Below, in pieces: positions 42,076 through 53,259 of a stretch of 64,000 bases of DNA (the first letter of the stretch is position 1; every line of letters begins with the position of its first letter). The stretch comes from Cystobasidiomycetes sp. EMM_F5 (Eukaryota), in assembly GCA_051047955.1 (NCBI GenBank), contig JBPGPT010000007.1, positions 62,001-126,000 of the forward strand, given 5' to 3'. Made by a program: the position numbers and the translations under genes. The notes under the pieces were generated by a model, which did no database searches, was not told the DNA's origin, and saw only the letters and a list, made by a program, of their open reading frames with translations.

Positions 42076-42826
42076 TTAGGTGGAGTGCGAGACCGAAGTA
42101 GGAGCAGTGTCGGCTGCAGTGGTCGAGACCGAGGTTGGCTTGTAGGACGACTGAGCAAAGGCTGGCTTGACGACCTTTGCGTAGATGACCTCGGCGCCCT
42201 ATGATGGCGAGTAGTCAGTTAACGCATATTGTAAAACCGAGTTTGAAGGAAGCTCACTCGGGTTGACGGGAGCATGAGCCATACGATGAAAGCGCACTTG
42301 AACGAGTAGTAGAAGGGGAACCTGCGGGAGAGAATGTCAGTGGGTTGAACGAAACACACGTGTCGTCGTTGGTTGACATGGACGGCGTCGTTGGTCGACA
42401 TGCAACGGCGACAGCCGTTGATGTCATGCTGAACACTCACCAGTACAGCAAAAAGTCTGAAAAGTACTCTACAATCTGGAAGCCGCCAAAGACGACCCAG
42501 TAGGTGAGCCACTGGGTATCGTCACCGTGGCTCGGGGACTCGAGTGCCTTTAGGGAAAAGTAGGCCGGCAGACCCCAACCGAGTACGGTTGAGAGGAAGC
42601 CAGCAAAGATGTTGAAGAAGATGAAGGACGAGAATAGGGTAGCGAGGGCAATGACACCGTATGCTTTTGGTACGCCAGTCTGGTGCTCTGCGCGTACGAG
42701 TGCTGGGTATTTGGAGAGCTGTTGCACAATGATAAGCTGCATTTTCAGACGCAATCGAAGCGAGGCCCGACTGACCTCCTTGTCCACCTGGGAGATGTAG
42801 TATCTGAACTTGTCCTGTGCCGACAT
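42076..42826 (-). CDS. YOP1: ER-shaping protein Yop1 (TB2/DP1/HVA22, REEP family)
   Basis: YYISQVDKELSKYP, QTGVPKAY, PAYFSLKALESP, DDTQWLTYWVVFG, FPFYYSFKCAFIVWLMLP, GAEVIY. Confidence 0.93.
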
Positions 42827-43489
42827 GGTGTAGTGTGCTGCTGTGGGTGTGAATATGAGGTTTGCAGTCAGTATCCGTCAATGTCCAACCTGCGATCCCC
42901 CATTTTCTGCGAAAAAGGCCAGGATTTGACGAGTCGAGGTAGTCGAATGAACGGGAGGGCGAGTTGCGACAGTATTCGAGCATTCGAGTGCCATACTGTC
43001 CACTGCGACTGCTGCCCAGCCCAACCCACTCCAAGCCTGGCTGCCCTTATCGTTGTGCCTCTTTGGCGACGGGAGCAGCTGGGTGGCCTGCTGTGCTGCC
43101 TTTATAACATATGCTGATTGTACTCACATTCCAGTTACTGTTGGACTATTTGCTCGCCGTTTGCTGCCTGCTCGTCGTTTGGACTTGGACAGAGTTGCAA
43201 TCTCCAACTTTTGCAGGATTGACATGAGGCGCACGTCATGGGGAGCGCAAAAGTGGAGCATGGGATATGGAGATGGCTGACTGACTATACGCTCACTCTA
43301 ACGATATGCTAACGTGCTGATGGCCCTCGCTAATCCACAGCTCGTACTGGCTGACACGGCTGTACAGCTGGCTCCGGGACACCGTCGGCCTAAGCCACAT
43401 GCGAGAATTAATACTGCTCCGAGGTGAAGGAGGCAGCCAGACCTTGCCTCTCTATCCAACATTTGCATCGACGAGCAGGATACTCGGCC

Positions 43490-45053
43490 ATGGCGTCGTA
43501 CGACTCGCACTCGTTTCCGAAAAAGAACGGTAGGCGAGGTGGAGATGGAGATGGGGTGGTGTGACTTGGGACAGACGAGCTGACTATGCTTACACTCCCT
43601 CCAGCATCCTTTGTGCTGACAAAGATAGAAGCAACAGAGTTCCAAGACCGACCCCTGCCAGATCCTGCGACTCTAGGGCCATACGAGTGGGTAGACGACT
43701 TGTAATACATACAACCGCAACTGACAACCCTGACTCCTCCTTAAGGGTCCTCGTCGCTCCGAAAGCGACAGGAATATGCGGGTCAGATGTGCACTACCTC
43801 AAACACGGCAGGATTGGCAACTTTGTAGTCGACAAGCCAATGGTGCTCGGGCATGAATCGGCAGGGATAGTGTATGCTGTAGGAGACAAGGTGACAGACC
43901 TCAAAAAGGGCGACAAGGTAGCACTCGAGCCAGGTCAGATGTGCAGGCGGTGGGCATACTCGCAGTACATCTCGTCACTACAAGACAACTGACACCTGCC
44001 TGAACAGCTGCTCATACTGCAAAGCTGGCAAGTACGAACTGTGTCGGGATATGATATTTGCAGCAACTCCCCCCTACGATGGCACACTGGCAGGATATGT
44101 GAGCTCGGTCAGGCTTCTTCTAAACACGTTATACTAAAGTGCACTATGTTCGACAGTACAAGCTCTCTGCTGATCTGTGCTACAAGCTGCCTCCGAACCT
44201 GTCACTCGAAGAAGGCGCGTTGTTTGAGCCGCTCGGAGTGGCAGTACAAGCTGTAGCCAAAGTAGCGGATCTGCATCCCAACAAGAATGTCGCAATTTAC
44301 GGTGCTGGTCCGGTAGGGCTAGTGTGTATGGCTGGTATGTACTTTGCGTCTCCTCTCCCGTACTCATCATCACTAGATCAATCTAATGTTTGTACTGCCT
44401 ACTTGCGTCACACAGTGGCCAAAGCGCTAGGATCGCGTCGCATCATCGCTATAGACGTCCAAAAGGAGAGATTGGCATTCGCAAAATCGTATGCAGCTAC
44501 CGATATCTGGGAATCGACACCACCTCAAAAAGACGAGAGCAAGATGGCGTATGCAGAACGACAAGTCAAGGAGATGCAAGAGAAGCTGGGGATCGATGCA
44601 GAGGAAGGAGAAAACTCGATTGATGTGGTTATCGACTGTACCGGCGCAGAAGTCTGCATCGCTAGTGGAATCTACCTCGTAAAGAAAGCTGGAACCTGCG
44701 TCCAAGTCGGCATGGGCGCGGACTTTGTGAACATCCCGTGAGTGTCGCCTCATAAGTCGAAGGCGGCGCGGCTAAAAGATATTGAACGGAAACGCAACTC
44801 TTTACTATGGATGCACAGTGTCGGCGCACTACTCTCCAAGATGGTCAACCTCAAAGGCTCCTTCCGCTACGGCGCAGGCGTGTATGATATGGCGCTCGAC
44901 CTCGTCTCGTCCGGCAAGATTGAGCTAAAACCACTCATCACTCACCGATATGACTTTAGCCAGGCCAAGGAGGCATTCCAAGCCATGGTCGACAACAAAG
45001 GGTACGACGGAAAGCCGCCCATCAAGTGCATCATCAAAGGACCGGAGGAGTAG
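43490..45053 (+). CDS. Xylitol/sorbitol dehydrogenase (Zn-dependent MDR)
   Basis: [82 protein letters not shown]. Confidence 0.9.
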
Positions 45054-46021
45054 AGGCAGAGCCTTTCGTTCGAGTTCATGTTGCTATGGATAAACAGGAA
45101 ATGCATACTGTCTATCGGAGTTTGGCAGAAATTGCGCTGTGCTCTTGACGTGTCTTCAACGTGAACACTAAGTGCAACATGCTAATATATCGATGAAGAA
45201 CCACCGGGATGGCGCGACGAAGTCCAAGTCATGAACCTCGGAGACATTCTCTTCGGATTCGCCCACCTCCTTCTCCGTGGTTGGGCACCTTCGTCTCTTG
45301 CAGTTGTGGTATCTGCGCTGCCCTGACATAGTAGTTCCAGACTTTTGGCGATGATGCGAACAAGTAATCAGAGTGAACATTGGGTATTCGAATTGAGATT
45401 GGATACCAGACACCTCGCTGATGTCGTCGCCGATTGATCCGAAGTATTTTACCTGAGCGATTCCTTGACGCAGATTGCGGAGGAGCACAGAGAGAGGTGA
45501 TTACGCCGGCCATATCTTACCGTGAACTTGAACATCGACGTCATAAGGCTAATGTCTTGTCTTCCTGCAAGGACGTTGCTACTTGATATGTACTGTACGC
45601 TTCGCGGCAACATAGGTCTGGCAGTAGGAGGAAGGACCGGTGCGCAGGAGCGCCGAGATCCAGGGAAGGGAGAAGGAAGGCAAGAGAGAAGCGAGGCCTT
45701 CTAGTCGGACATACCAGAGTGTCAGTAGGGGTCAGACCAATTCAACATCACATATTGTGGGGTAGCGATAAATTAGCCTTCCAAAGCGGGGAGATCTGAT
45801 AAAAGTGAAGCGAGCGTATCGTAGGAGGATGTACAGAGAGTCCTTGTACTTCCACAGCGATATCAGGGAGACCGTCGGTTGGGCTCTCGGCAAGGTACGG
45901 CTGAAGCGGCGCCCCTCCACCTGAAGCGATAAGGATTTTGAAAGAAAATGAACGATGTCTTGCTTTGCTTTGTCTTGCTTCCTGACCTTCTTTCCATTCA
46001 AATACTAGTCAGCTCCTCACC

Positions 46022-47850
46022 ATGGCCATCGAAATGGACACTCAACACGCTCCTGCCAACGGATTAGCTGGTACTCTGAAATCTCTAAAGCAGGCTGTTC
46101 TGCCAGCAAAGGAGAGCATCAATGGACACGCTGCTAATGGCCATGCCGTCAAAGGTCATGCAAATGGCCATGCTGTCTCACCCGCAGCAAGCCAACCCAC
46201 AGACGCTCAATTGTGGAAGAAAGCAAACAAGTCGCTGATGAATATCGGAGTGGGACAGAGCCCTATCATGATTCGAAGAGCGAAAGGCGCTATCTTATAC
46301 GTGAGAGGCTCCGTCCTTCCCTTGGCTAGTCCTACGCTGAAGATCTCAAACAGGACGTCAATGGCAGAGAGATTCTCGACTTTACTAGCGGCCAAATGTC
46401 CTCTATCCTCGGCCACAGTCATCCAGAGATCGTCCAGACAGTATCTGAACAAATGGGAACCCTCGACCATCTATTGTCAAACTTTGTCAGCCAGCCGGTT
46501 GCGGAGCTGGCGGATTACCTGACATCCCTGATGCCCGCTCCGCTCGACAAGACGTTCTTCCTGAATACTGGCTCGGAAACGAACGAAGCGGCTATCAAGA
46601 TTGCAAAGTGCGCGACTGGTAAATTTGAAATTATCGGCTTTTCCGCAAGCTATCGTGAGTCGGTTCGCAGGGCAAGCATCACATGACGAGCGAGACTGAC
46701 AGACCATAATACTACTAGACGGCTTGACCGGAGCCGCAGGTGCTGCAACCTTCTCATGCGCACGTAAGGGCGGCGGTCCGGTCATGCCTGGCCAACTAGT
46801 ATTCCCCACACCTAATGCCTACACTTCGCCATTCAAGAAGGCAGATGGCTCATATGACTGGGAGGCAGAGATGACATACGGCTGGGACTTGATTGACAGG
46901 CAGACTGTCGGTTCGCTTGCTGCATTCCTCATCGAACCCATCCTCAGCACTGGCGGCATTATCGAACTTCCGAAAGGCTACATGAAGCGATTGCTGGCTG
47001 AATGCCGCAAGAGAGAGGTTCTCCTCATTGTCGACGAGGCTCAGACCGGGTGCGGCCGAACAGGAGGTGAGACTATTCTGCTCTTTTGCGATTTCGACAT
47101 TGACTGATGCACGATCGGACGACTCAGATTTATGGGCATTCCAGTACGACGACATTGTGCCGGATATTGTCACACTCAGCAAGACACTGGGAGCTGGTCT
47201 ACCGATGGCTGCTGTCGTGACCACCTCTGAACTCGAACGCAAGGCTATCGAGAATGGCTTCATATGGCTCACAACTCACGAGAATGACCCATTAACTGCA
47301 GCAGTCGGCCTGAAGGTAAGTCATGACGTGCACTTTGCATGAGTATCGGGACCAATTATGTCGCCGCAGGTCATGCAAATTGTCATGCGGGATAACCTGA
47401 CTGAGCGCGCTGCTCGTCTGGGTAAAGTACTGCGACGAGGTTTACTCGATATACAAGCAAAACATGGTATTGTTGCCGATGTACGTGGTCGTGGCCTGCT
47501 GCAAGGTATCCAGGTCGTTGCACCTAAAGGCAGCAGTGTTACCGGTGACAAAATCGGACAACTGATTGGCGAGAAGGCGATGGACCTTGGCTTGTCCTGC
47601 AACATCGTCAACGTCAAGGGGTTCTTGGGCGTCTTCCGGTATGTTTTGTTCAACTTTCGCACCTGGCTTGTGTGACTTGCATTCACTGTCGCTTCATAGT
47701 ATTGCCCCTCCGCTCACGGTGACGGACGAAGAGCTGCATAAAGCTATCCGACTGCTGGACGAGTCTTTTACTGCCGTTCTGCAGGACATGTCGGCAGCTG
47801 AGCGGGATTCGGAAGCAGCGGAGGAGCCTCGCCCGGCAGCCATCTCGTAG
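46022..47850 (+). CDS. 2,2-dialkylglycine decarboxylase-like class III PLP aminotransferase
   Basis: ILDFTSGQMSSILGHSHPEIV, NTGSETNEAAIKIAK, EPILSTGGIIELP, VDEAQTG, LSKTLGAGLP (PLP Lys), TTHENDPL, DVRGRGLL, GVFRIAPPL. Confidence 0.85.
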
Positions 47851-47993
47851 ACGAAGAGATGCGATGTTGGTCACATTGTACTGGTTTCTAGGGCGTTGTA
47901 CTTGGCAAAGCTTGCTCTTGGACGTGTCTTTCCCCTATTCTTGAATTGGCCATGAAATTTGTGCATCTCCGTTGTCACCTCTGCCCAGCAACG

Positions 47994-50130
47994 ATGGCCC
48001 AAGAGCTGAGTGCTGAAGATGCTCGCGCGTTGAAGAAGGCGGCAAAGAAGGAAAAGCGGAGACTGGAAAAGGCAGCAGCAGCGACCATGACTGGAAACGG
48101 AGCAAGTTTTGCAGACGGTGGCGGTAATAACGAAGTTACAGTCGACAACGACGAGGACAGCGAGAAGCTGCAGCGCAAGAAGGCAAAGCTCGAACGAAAG
48201 GAAAAGAAACGGAAGCTCAAAGAGTTGGGCGGCGACGATGGCCCGTCTGGCACAGCGACCGCTGAAAGCACTCCAGGACTGACCGAAGAAGCCAGCAATT
48301 CGACTGATCCGAGTACTGGATTATCTACTCCACTACTTGATGCTACAGCTGCATCTACCTCCTCCCTCAATGGCAACGCCGCTGAAGACAAGCCGAAAAA
48401 GAGCAAGAAGCGAAAAGTTCAAGGAGCATTCGGCAACGACATGAAGAAGCAGAAAGAGGAACAAACCGCTGCGTCTACAGCGTCTAACGTAGCGTCAACG
48501 TCGAGCTCCTCACCCACTTTGAGTTCTGCCGAGATACAAGCATTCATAAAGGAAAGCGAATTGAGCTATGAACCAAGCGGTTCTGCCAGTACATATCCAC
48601 CCGTACTATCCTTTGATACTCTGCCTGTCGTTTCTGGCATCAAAGCTGGCCTTACGAGGTTTACCAAGCCTACTATCGTGCAGAGCGCCTCGTGGGGAGT
48701 CCAACTGCCTAAGCACAGCAGTCGGCGCGGTAGAGATTGCGTTGCTATTGCTTCGACGGGGTGAGCATGCTGACCAAAGTTCGCATCGGGTGACGCGACT
48801 GATATTTGCGGTGCCTTTTCCACTCAGATCTGGTAAAACCCTAGCCTTCGGTATTCCCATTCTCCATCATATCCTGAATTTGCCCTCCTCCTCCAAAAAT
48901 CATATCGCGGCGCTTGTAGTAGCACCGACGCGTGAGCTGGCCATGCAAACACAGACTAATCTGGGCGACATCAGCGAGTCGCTCGGAATGGGCATCGTCT
49001 GCATTTACGGTGGTGCGTCAAAAGAGGAGCAGAAGCGACTGCTCAAGAAAAAGCCTCGCATAGTGGTAGGCACGCCGGGACGTATAATCGACTTGATGAA
49101 TGAAGGTGCACTCGAGCTCAATCACGTCTCTTGGCTTGTCTTGGACGAAGCGGATCGGATGCTCGACAAGGGTTTCGAGAACGATATCCGAGCTATCATT
49201 GGGCAGTGCAAGCCTTCGAATGCAAGCGTCGATGGCAGAGTAACGTCAATGTTCTCCGCTACATGGCCAGTGTCAGTGAGGAGACTAGCAAACGACTTTA
49301 TGGCCGACCCGGTCCGGATCACGGTTGGGTCGGATGAGCTGTCTGCGAATGTGCGAGTCAAGCAGACTGTCATGGTATTGCAAGACAGGAGGGAAAAGAA
49401 TGGCAAACTCCTGGACGTACTCAGAGCAGAAGGATTCCCTGCTTCTCAGAACAATCGATTCGGAGATCGCGCCACTAATAAGAAGCGCTCTGGACCTGCA
49501 ACGGGTGCCGAGCGAGAGAAGGTGCTGGTCTTTGCTCTGTACAAAGCGGAAGCTAGTCGGGTGCATCAATGGCTAGAGTCAAAAGGCTACGAGGTTGGCG
49601 TTATTCAAGGTGATCTAAGTCAAGATCAGCGAACGAAAGCCTTGGAGAACTTTAGGACTGGTGTTACTGGAATGCTGGTCGCTACGGACGTCGCTGCTCG
49701 TGGACTCGACATCCCAAAAGTAGAACTTGTCGGTGCGTTTGGGATGATGTCCATTTTCGTGTGCTTGGAAATGCTGATTGCGGAATTTTAGTCAATTACA
49801 CCTTTCCTCTGACGGTAGAAGACTATGTCCATCGCATCGGGCGGACGGGTCGTGCCGGTCGAGACGGCCAGGTAAGCTGCATTCTCAAAGTAGGCTGCGA
49901 GACCTATCTTCAGCTAACACTCCGCTGCGTAGTCCATCACTTTCTTTACCGAAGACGAAAAGGCGCTTGCTGGCGAGTTGCAACGCGTCCTCAAAGACGC
50001 TGGCCAGGACGTGCCAGATGCACTGGCTGCTTTTGGCGGGACTATCAAGAAGAAGTCGCATGCGGCGTACGGAGATCACTTTAAAGAGGTCGACATGACA
50101 GCAAAGGCAACCAAGATCAAGTTTGATTGA
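47994..50130 (+). CDS. DBP3: rRNA-processing DEAD-box helicase Dbp3
   Basis: K/E-rich N-terminus, [45 protein letters not shown], and C-terminal [17 protein letters not shown]...KIKFD typical of Dbp3. Confidence 0.92.
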
Positions 50131-50285
50131 GGCCGTTCTATGTAGTGGTCGAGTTTCAAAGTTCGAGGGGGTTATTCTGCGAGACTGAGCACTGCCGCGG
50201 TACAATTCCTGTTTCTGTAGCTGCATATCATTGTACTTTGTTGGAAGATAGCCCTGCACGCTTTACTGCTCGAGTCTCCGCATTA

Positions 50286-50599
50286 TCAGCTTGCACCAGC
50301 ACTCAGGGCAGCGACTGTGCCGTTCCTTCTCGACCGACGTCGCCTTTCGACATAAGCCTATATCAGAACGGAACAACGCTTCAGTTGGGACTTCTCTGAA
50401 TGTTCGAATGCGAGCGCTCACCTGCTGGGACTCGCCCGCCTTTACCTTCTTGGATCTATTCCAAAAGCTGGTTGGGGGAGGGGAAGCCTGGCTTGTCGAG
50501 TAGCGATAGTATTCTGCGTCCTGCTGTGAATCAAGAGCAATCAGCGTCAAGGCAATGCTGGTGCCAAATGTGACTCACTCGGCTGGCTGCGTTACCCAT
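50286..50599 (-). CDS. Three-exon 64-aa microprotein with N-myristoylation motif
   Basis: Exons 50599-50579, 50523-50422 and 50357-50286, with two phase-0 introns (GTGAGT..CAG 55 nt; GTGAGC..TAG 64 nt). Protein MGNAASRQDAEYYRYSTSQASPPPTSFWNRSKKVKAGESQQAYVERRRRSRRNGTVAALSAGAS. Confidence 0.65.
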
Positions 50600-50892
50600 G
50601 GCGGACACTTGCGATATGAAGATGCTAATCAATTGTGTCTGGTGTGAACGTTCTGCGAAGACAAGAGTTATTCCAACACTCAAGCTTCAACTTATAGATG
50701 CGACATGTAGCATTGCACAGCATGAATGACGCTCACTGTTTGGGTGCTGCCGGTGGCGAACACTGATTTCGTATACACAGCAAGTCGGCAAGTCTGGGAG
50801 CACAGCCCGGAAGACGGTGGACTCGTCACAGTCGATGGCTGCATCAAATATCGTTACGCGTTACGCTAGGTACTCATCTAATGTCCACATTG

Positions 50893-51612
50893 TCAGTAAT
50901 TCAGAGCTTTCTTCCTCCCGAGCTCTACATAAACCATCCCCTCATCCTTTCCGCACTCGCATATCTGCTTCGTGTATACCGAGTAGTTTTTGGTGCCCCG
51001 AGCAAGGCAGTCGGACGCTCGACTTTTCCACCATGCAGCAATGTCCTTCAGGCAGTATGTAACATCCTCTTTGGCCTCATTCCTCCTGTGCCGCCAATCA
51101 AGCGCAGATACATGGCGTGAAGTCATTCAGTCATCTCAGCTGGATATTGGATGAGTAGCTAACAACTCACACCGCGACCTCCCACCCCCCGTTCCCGTAA
51201 TATCTGTTAACTTCGCCAGGCTTGAGTGTAGATTGTATGTCGTTGAACAGGCTGACCCATCCGCAGTGCTCATCACCACTGCTCGGATCGGTGCACTTTG
51301 AGCTGTACAGAACATTGACAGTGGTATTGAGTTCCTGCAGTCCAGAGCGGCAGTGTCAGTCTTGCACAAGAGATTGTGCGACGGCTCACACATGATCCGC
51401 CATCTGGTACAATTTGGACCACATCACTGCTCCCGCTCCGCTCCATAAAAGCCATAAGAACAGCTGATTGTACAGGCATGGACATGACAGCTTCTGCTCG
51501 ATGCGCACAGTTCAGTTTTGAGCTGCAAATAGGCTATAGTGATGAGCGACCTACTTGTGCAGAATACCGAAATTGCACCAAAGCTGAAGAGCAGGGAAGT
51601 GGCCGAATACAT
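50893..51612 (-). CDS. Small secreted cysteine-containing protein A (172 aa), paralog of the adjacent gene
   Basis: Exons 51612-51555, 51493-51390, 51334-51171 and 51085-50893 splice in frame. Signal-like MYSATSLLFSFGAISVFCTKAVMS. Motifs and intron phases are shared with 51958-52691. Confidence 0.75.
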
Positions 51613-51957
51613 GCTATACAATCCTACTCACCCGAACAGATGTAGTGGTCGGAGCAAAGACAAGCAGCAGGTCTTTCTATCAGATCGCTATAGCTAACGA
51701 CACCGTCCCGGGCGATGCCAAACCCACTGCCGACGGAGCTGTGCTTGGAAGAAGGGCATTCCTACTTGAAGTGCTGCAGCGACAAGTTGCATGCTCAAGC
51801 TGCTGTGTAAACGTTACAGTTCGTTTTCGGTTCAACATCATTGCAAACAACAATTTCTAGGAGGTTACGTAGGAAAATTCCGTAAGCAGCAACTTTTGAC
51901 AGAAGTTGGCGATCGTACCATCATGTCGTTAGGATCGTGTCACTCTGCAAGTGACCC

Positions 51958-52691
51958 TTACTTGTTGGCCAAGGTCAAGTAAACATACCCTGCCGTTCCA
52001 TCTGTGTTTCCAGAGTCAACATGGATGCGGCATGTGGCTTCGTTGTACTTCTTGCTGCTGAAGCACTTGTCGACGGAGTTCTGCCACCACTCAGACAGAT
52101 CTTTTGGCTTGAACTGGAATTGTTGAGTAGACTCGTTCGTGCTGTATAGGGATGAATGGTCAGGATAAGGTCATTCACAGTGTACACGGTGGACGAACAT
52201 GTTCAGCTGCCATCCACCCTTGCTCTCGTCCATCCTGGTGGGAAAGCGGAAGACACCATCGGGCATGATGCCCTTGTTGCCAGAATAGTCTTCCAGGTCG
52301 TCCCATGCACAGCCAGACTCAGACTCTTTGGTACAGTAGCTCGATTTGACCGTGCCGTTTTTCCCCTGATCATGTGTTTGAAGCATCAGCCGGGACGTGC
52401 TAAGAGAATAATTAGTGTGCAGCATGGCCTACACAGATCGAGTCGCCCAAATAAGCGACGCAGTCTGATACCCTCAATGTCGGCCACTCTTCTCGCTTGA
52501 TCAGAGTCGGCGTTGGAGCTCGTGCGTACTGCGTGATTGTACGCTTGTACACGCCGTGCTCTCCGCATGGGAATGCAGCCACTGCAGCGAGTTGACCCGT
52601 CAAAGATTGCGCTGCTATACTGTGTTGTAAGCATGGACATACCCATACCGCAGACGGACGCGACGATCAAAGGGGAGAGGACCACGCGCAT
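51958..52691 (-). CDS. Small secreted cysteine-containing protein B (~180 aa) with Kex2-type KR sites
   Basis: Exons 52691-52649, 52581-52433, 52365-52199 and 52141-51958 splice in frame (first donor may lie 6 nt downstream). Signal-like MRVVLSPLIVASVCVAA-FP, with VYKR and LIKR dibasic sites. Confidence 0.75.
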
Positions 52692-53259
52692 ACTGCGAAG
52701 ATCGAGCGAGTAGGGGGCTGGTGGATTTTTGGGGGAGGGTATGATTATAAGGGAAGTTTTCCGGTGACTCTGGGCTCGCTTAAAGGTGACAAGCAGGAGA
52801 GAGAGGGGGATGTAGAGGAGGCCTTTCGAGGACGCAAACCAGCATGGGCATAGCCATATACTGCCATATTACGGTGCCACACCGAAAAGAGAGCTTGTCT
52901 GCTGAACAGCAGCGCCTTGGATAGATTGGAAGAGGTAAGTTCTCATATCATTCCCGGCAATGACAGCTTTACGAATTTGTCCAGATTAGATTTGCCACAA
53001 CAGATGCAGGATCAATTTCACCTTTTGGTACATCATCATCAGCCAGCAGATGAGTCAATCATTACGACAAATCCTATTCCGCGTCGATGTAAGCGTAATA
53101 GCATTGCGGGTTAGTATCGTTAAAGTGTGGTTTCGCGGTCTACGTGTTAGGATTGAAGGAAGCGCGATAGCCACACTCGACTGGCCAAAAGTTTGTCTGC
53201 AACCGCAACAAGACGCTGCACAAAGCGCATCCGATATTACTTAAACAAGGGTCGGCTAG

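Noticed and set aside
45168..46001. Several 60-106 aa minus-strand ORFs and splice-like signals between the polyol dehydrogenase and the DGD-like gene
   Set aside because: I could not assemble a convincing spliced ORF or recognise any motif. A degenerate or orphan gene cannot be excluded.
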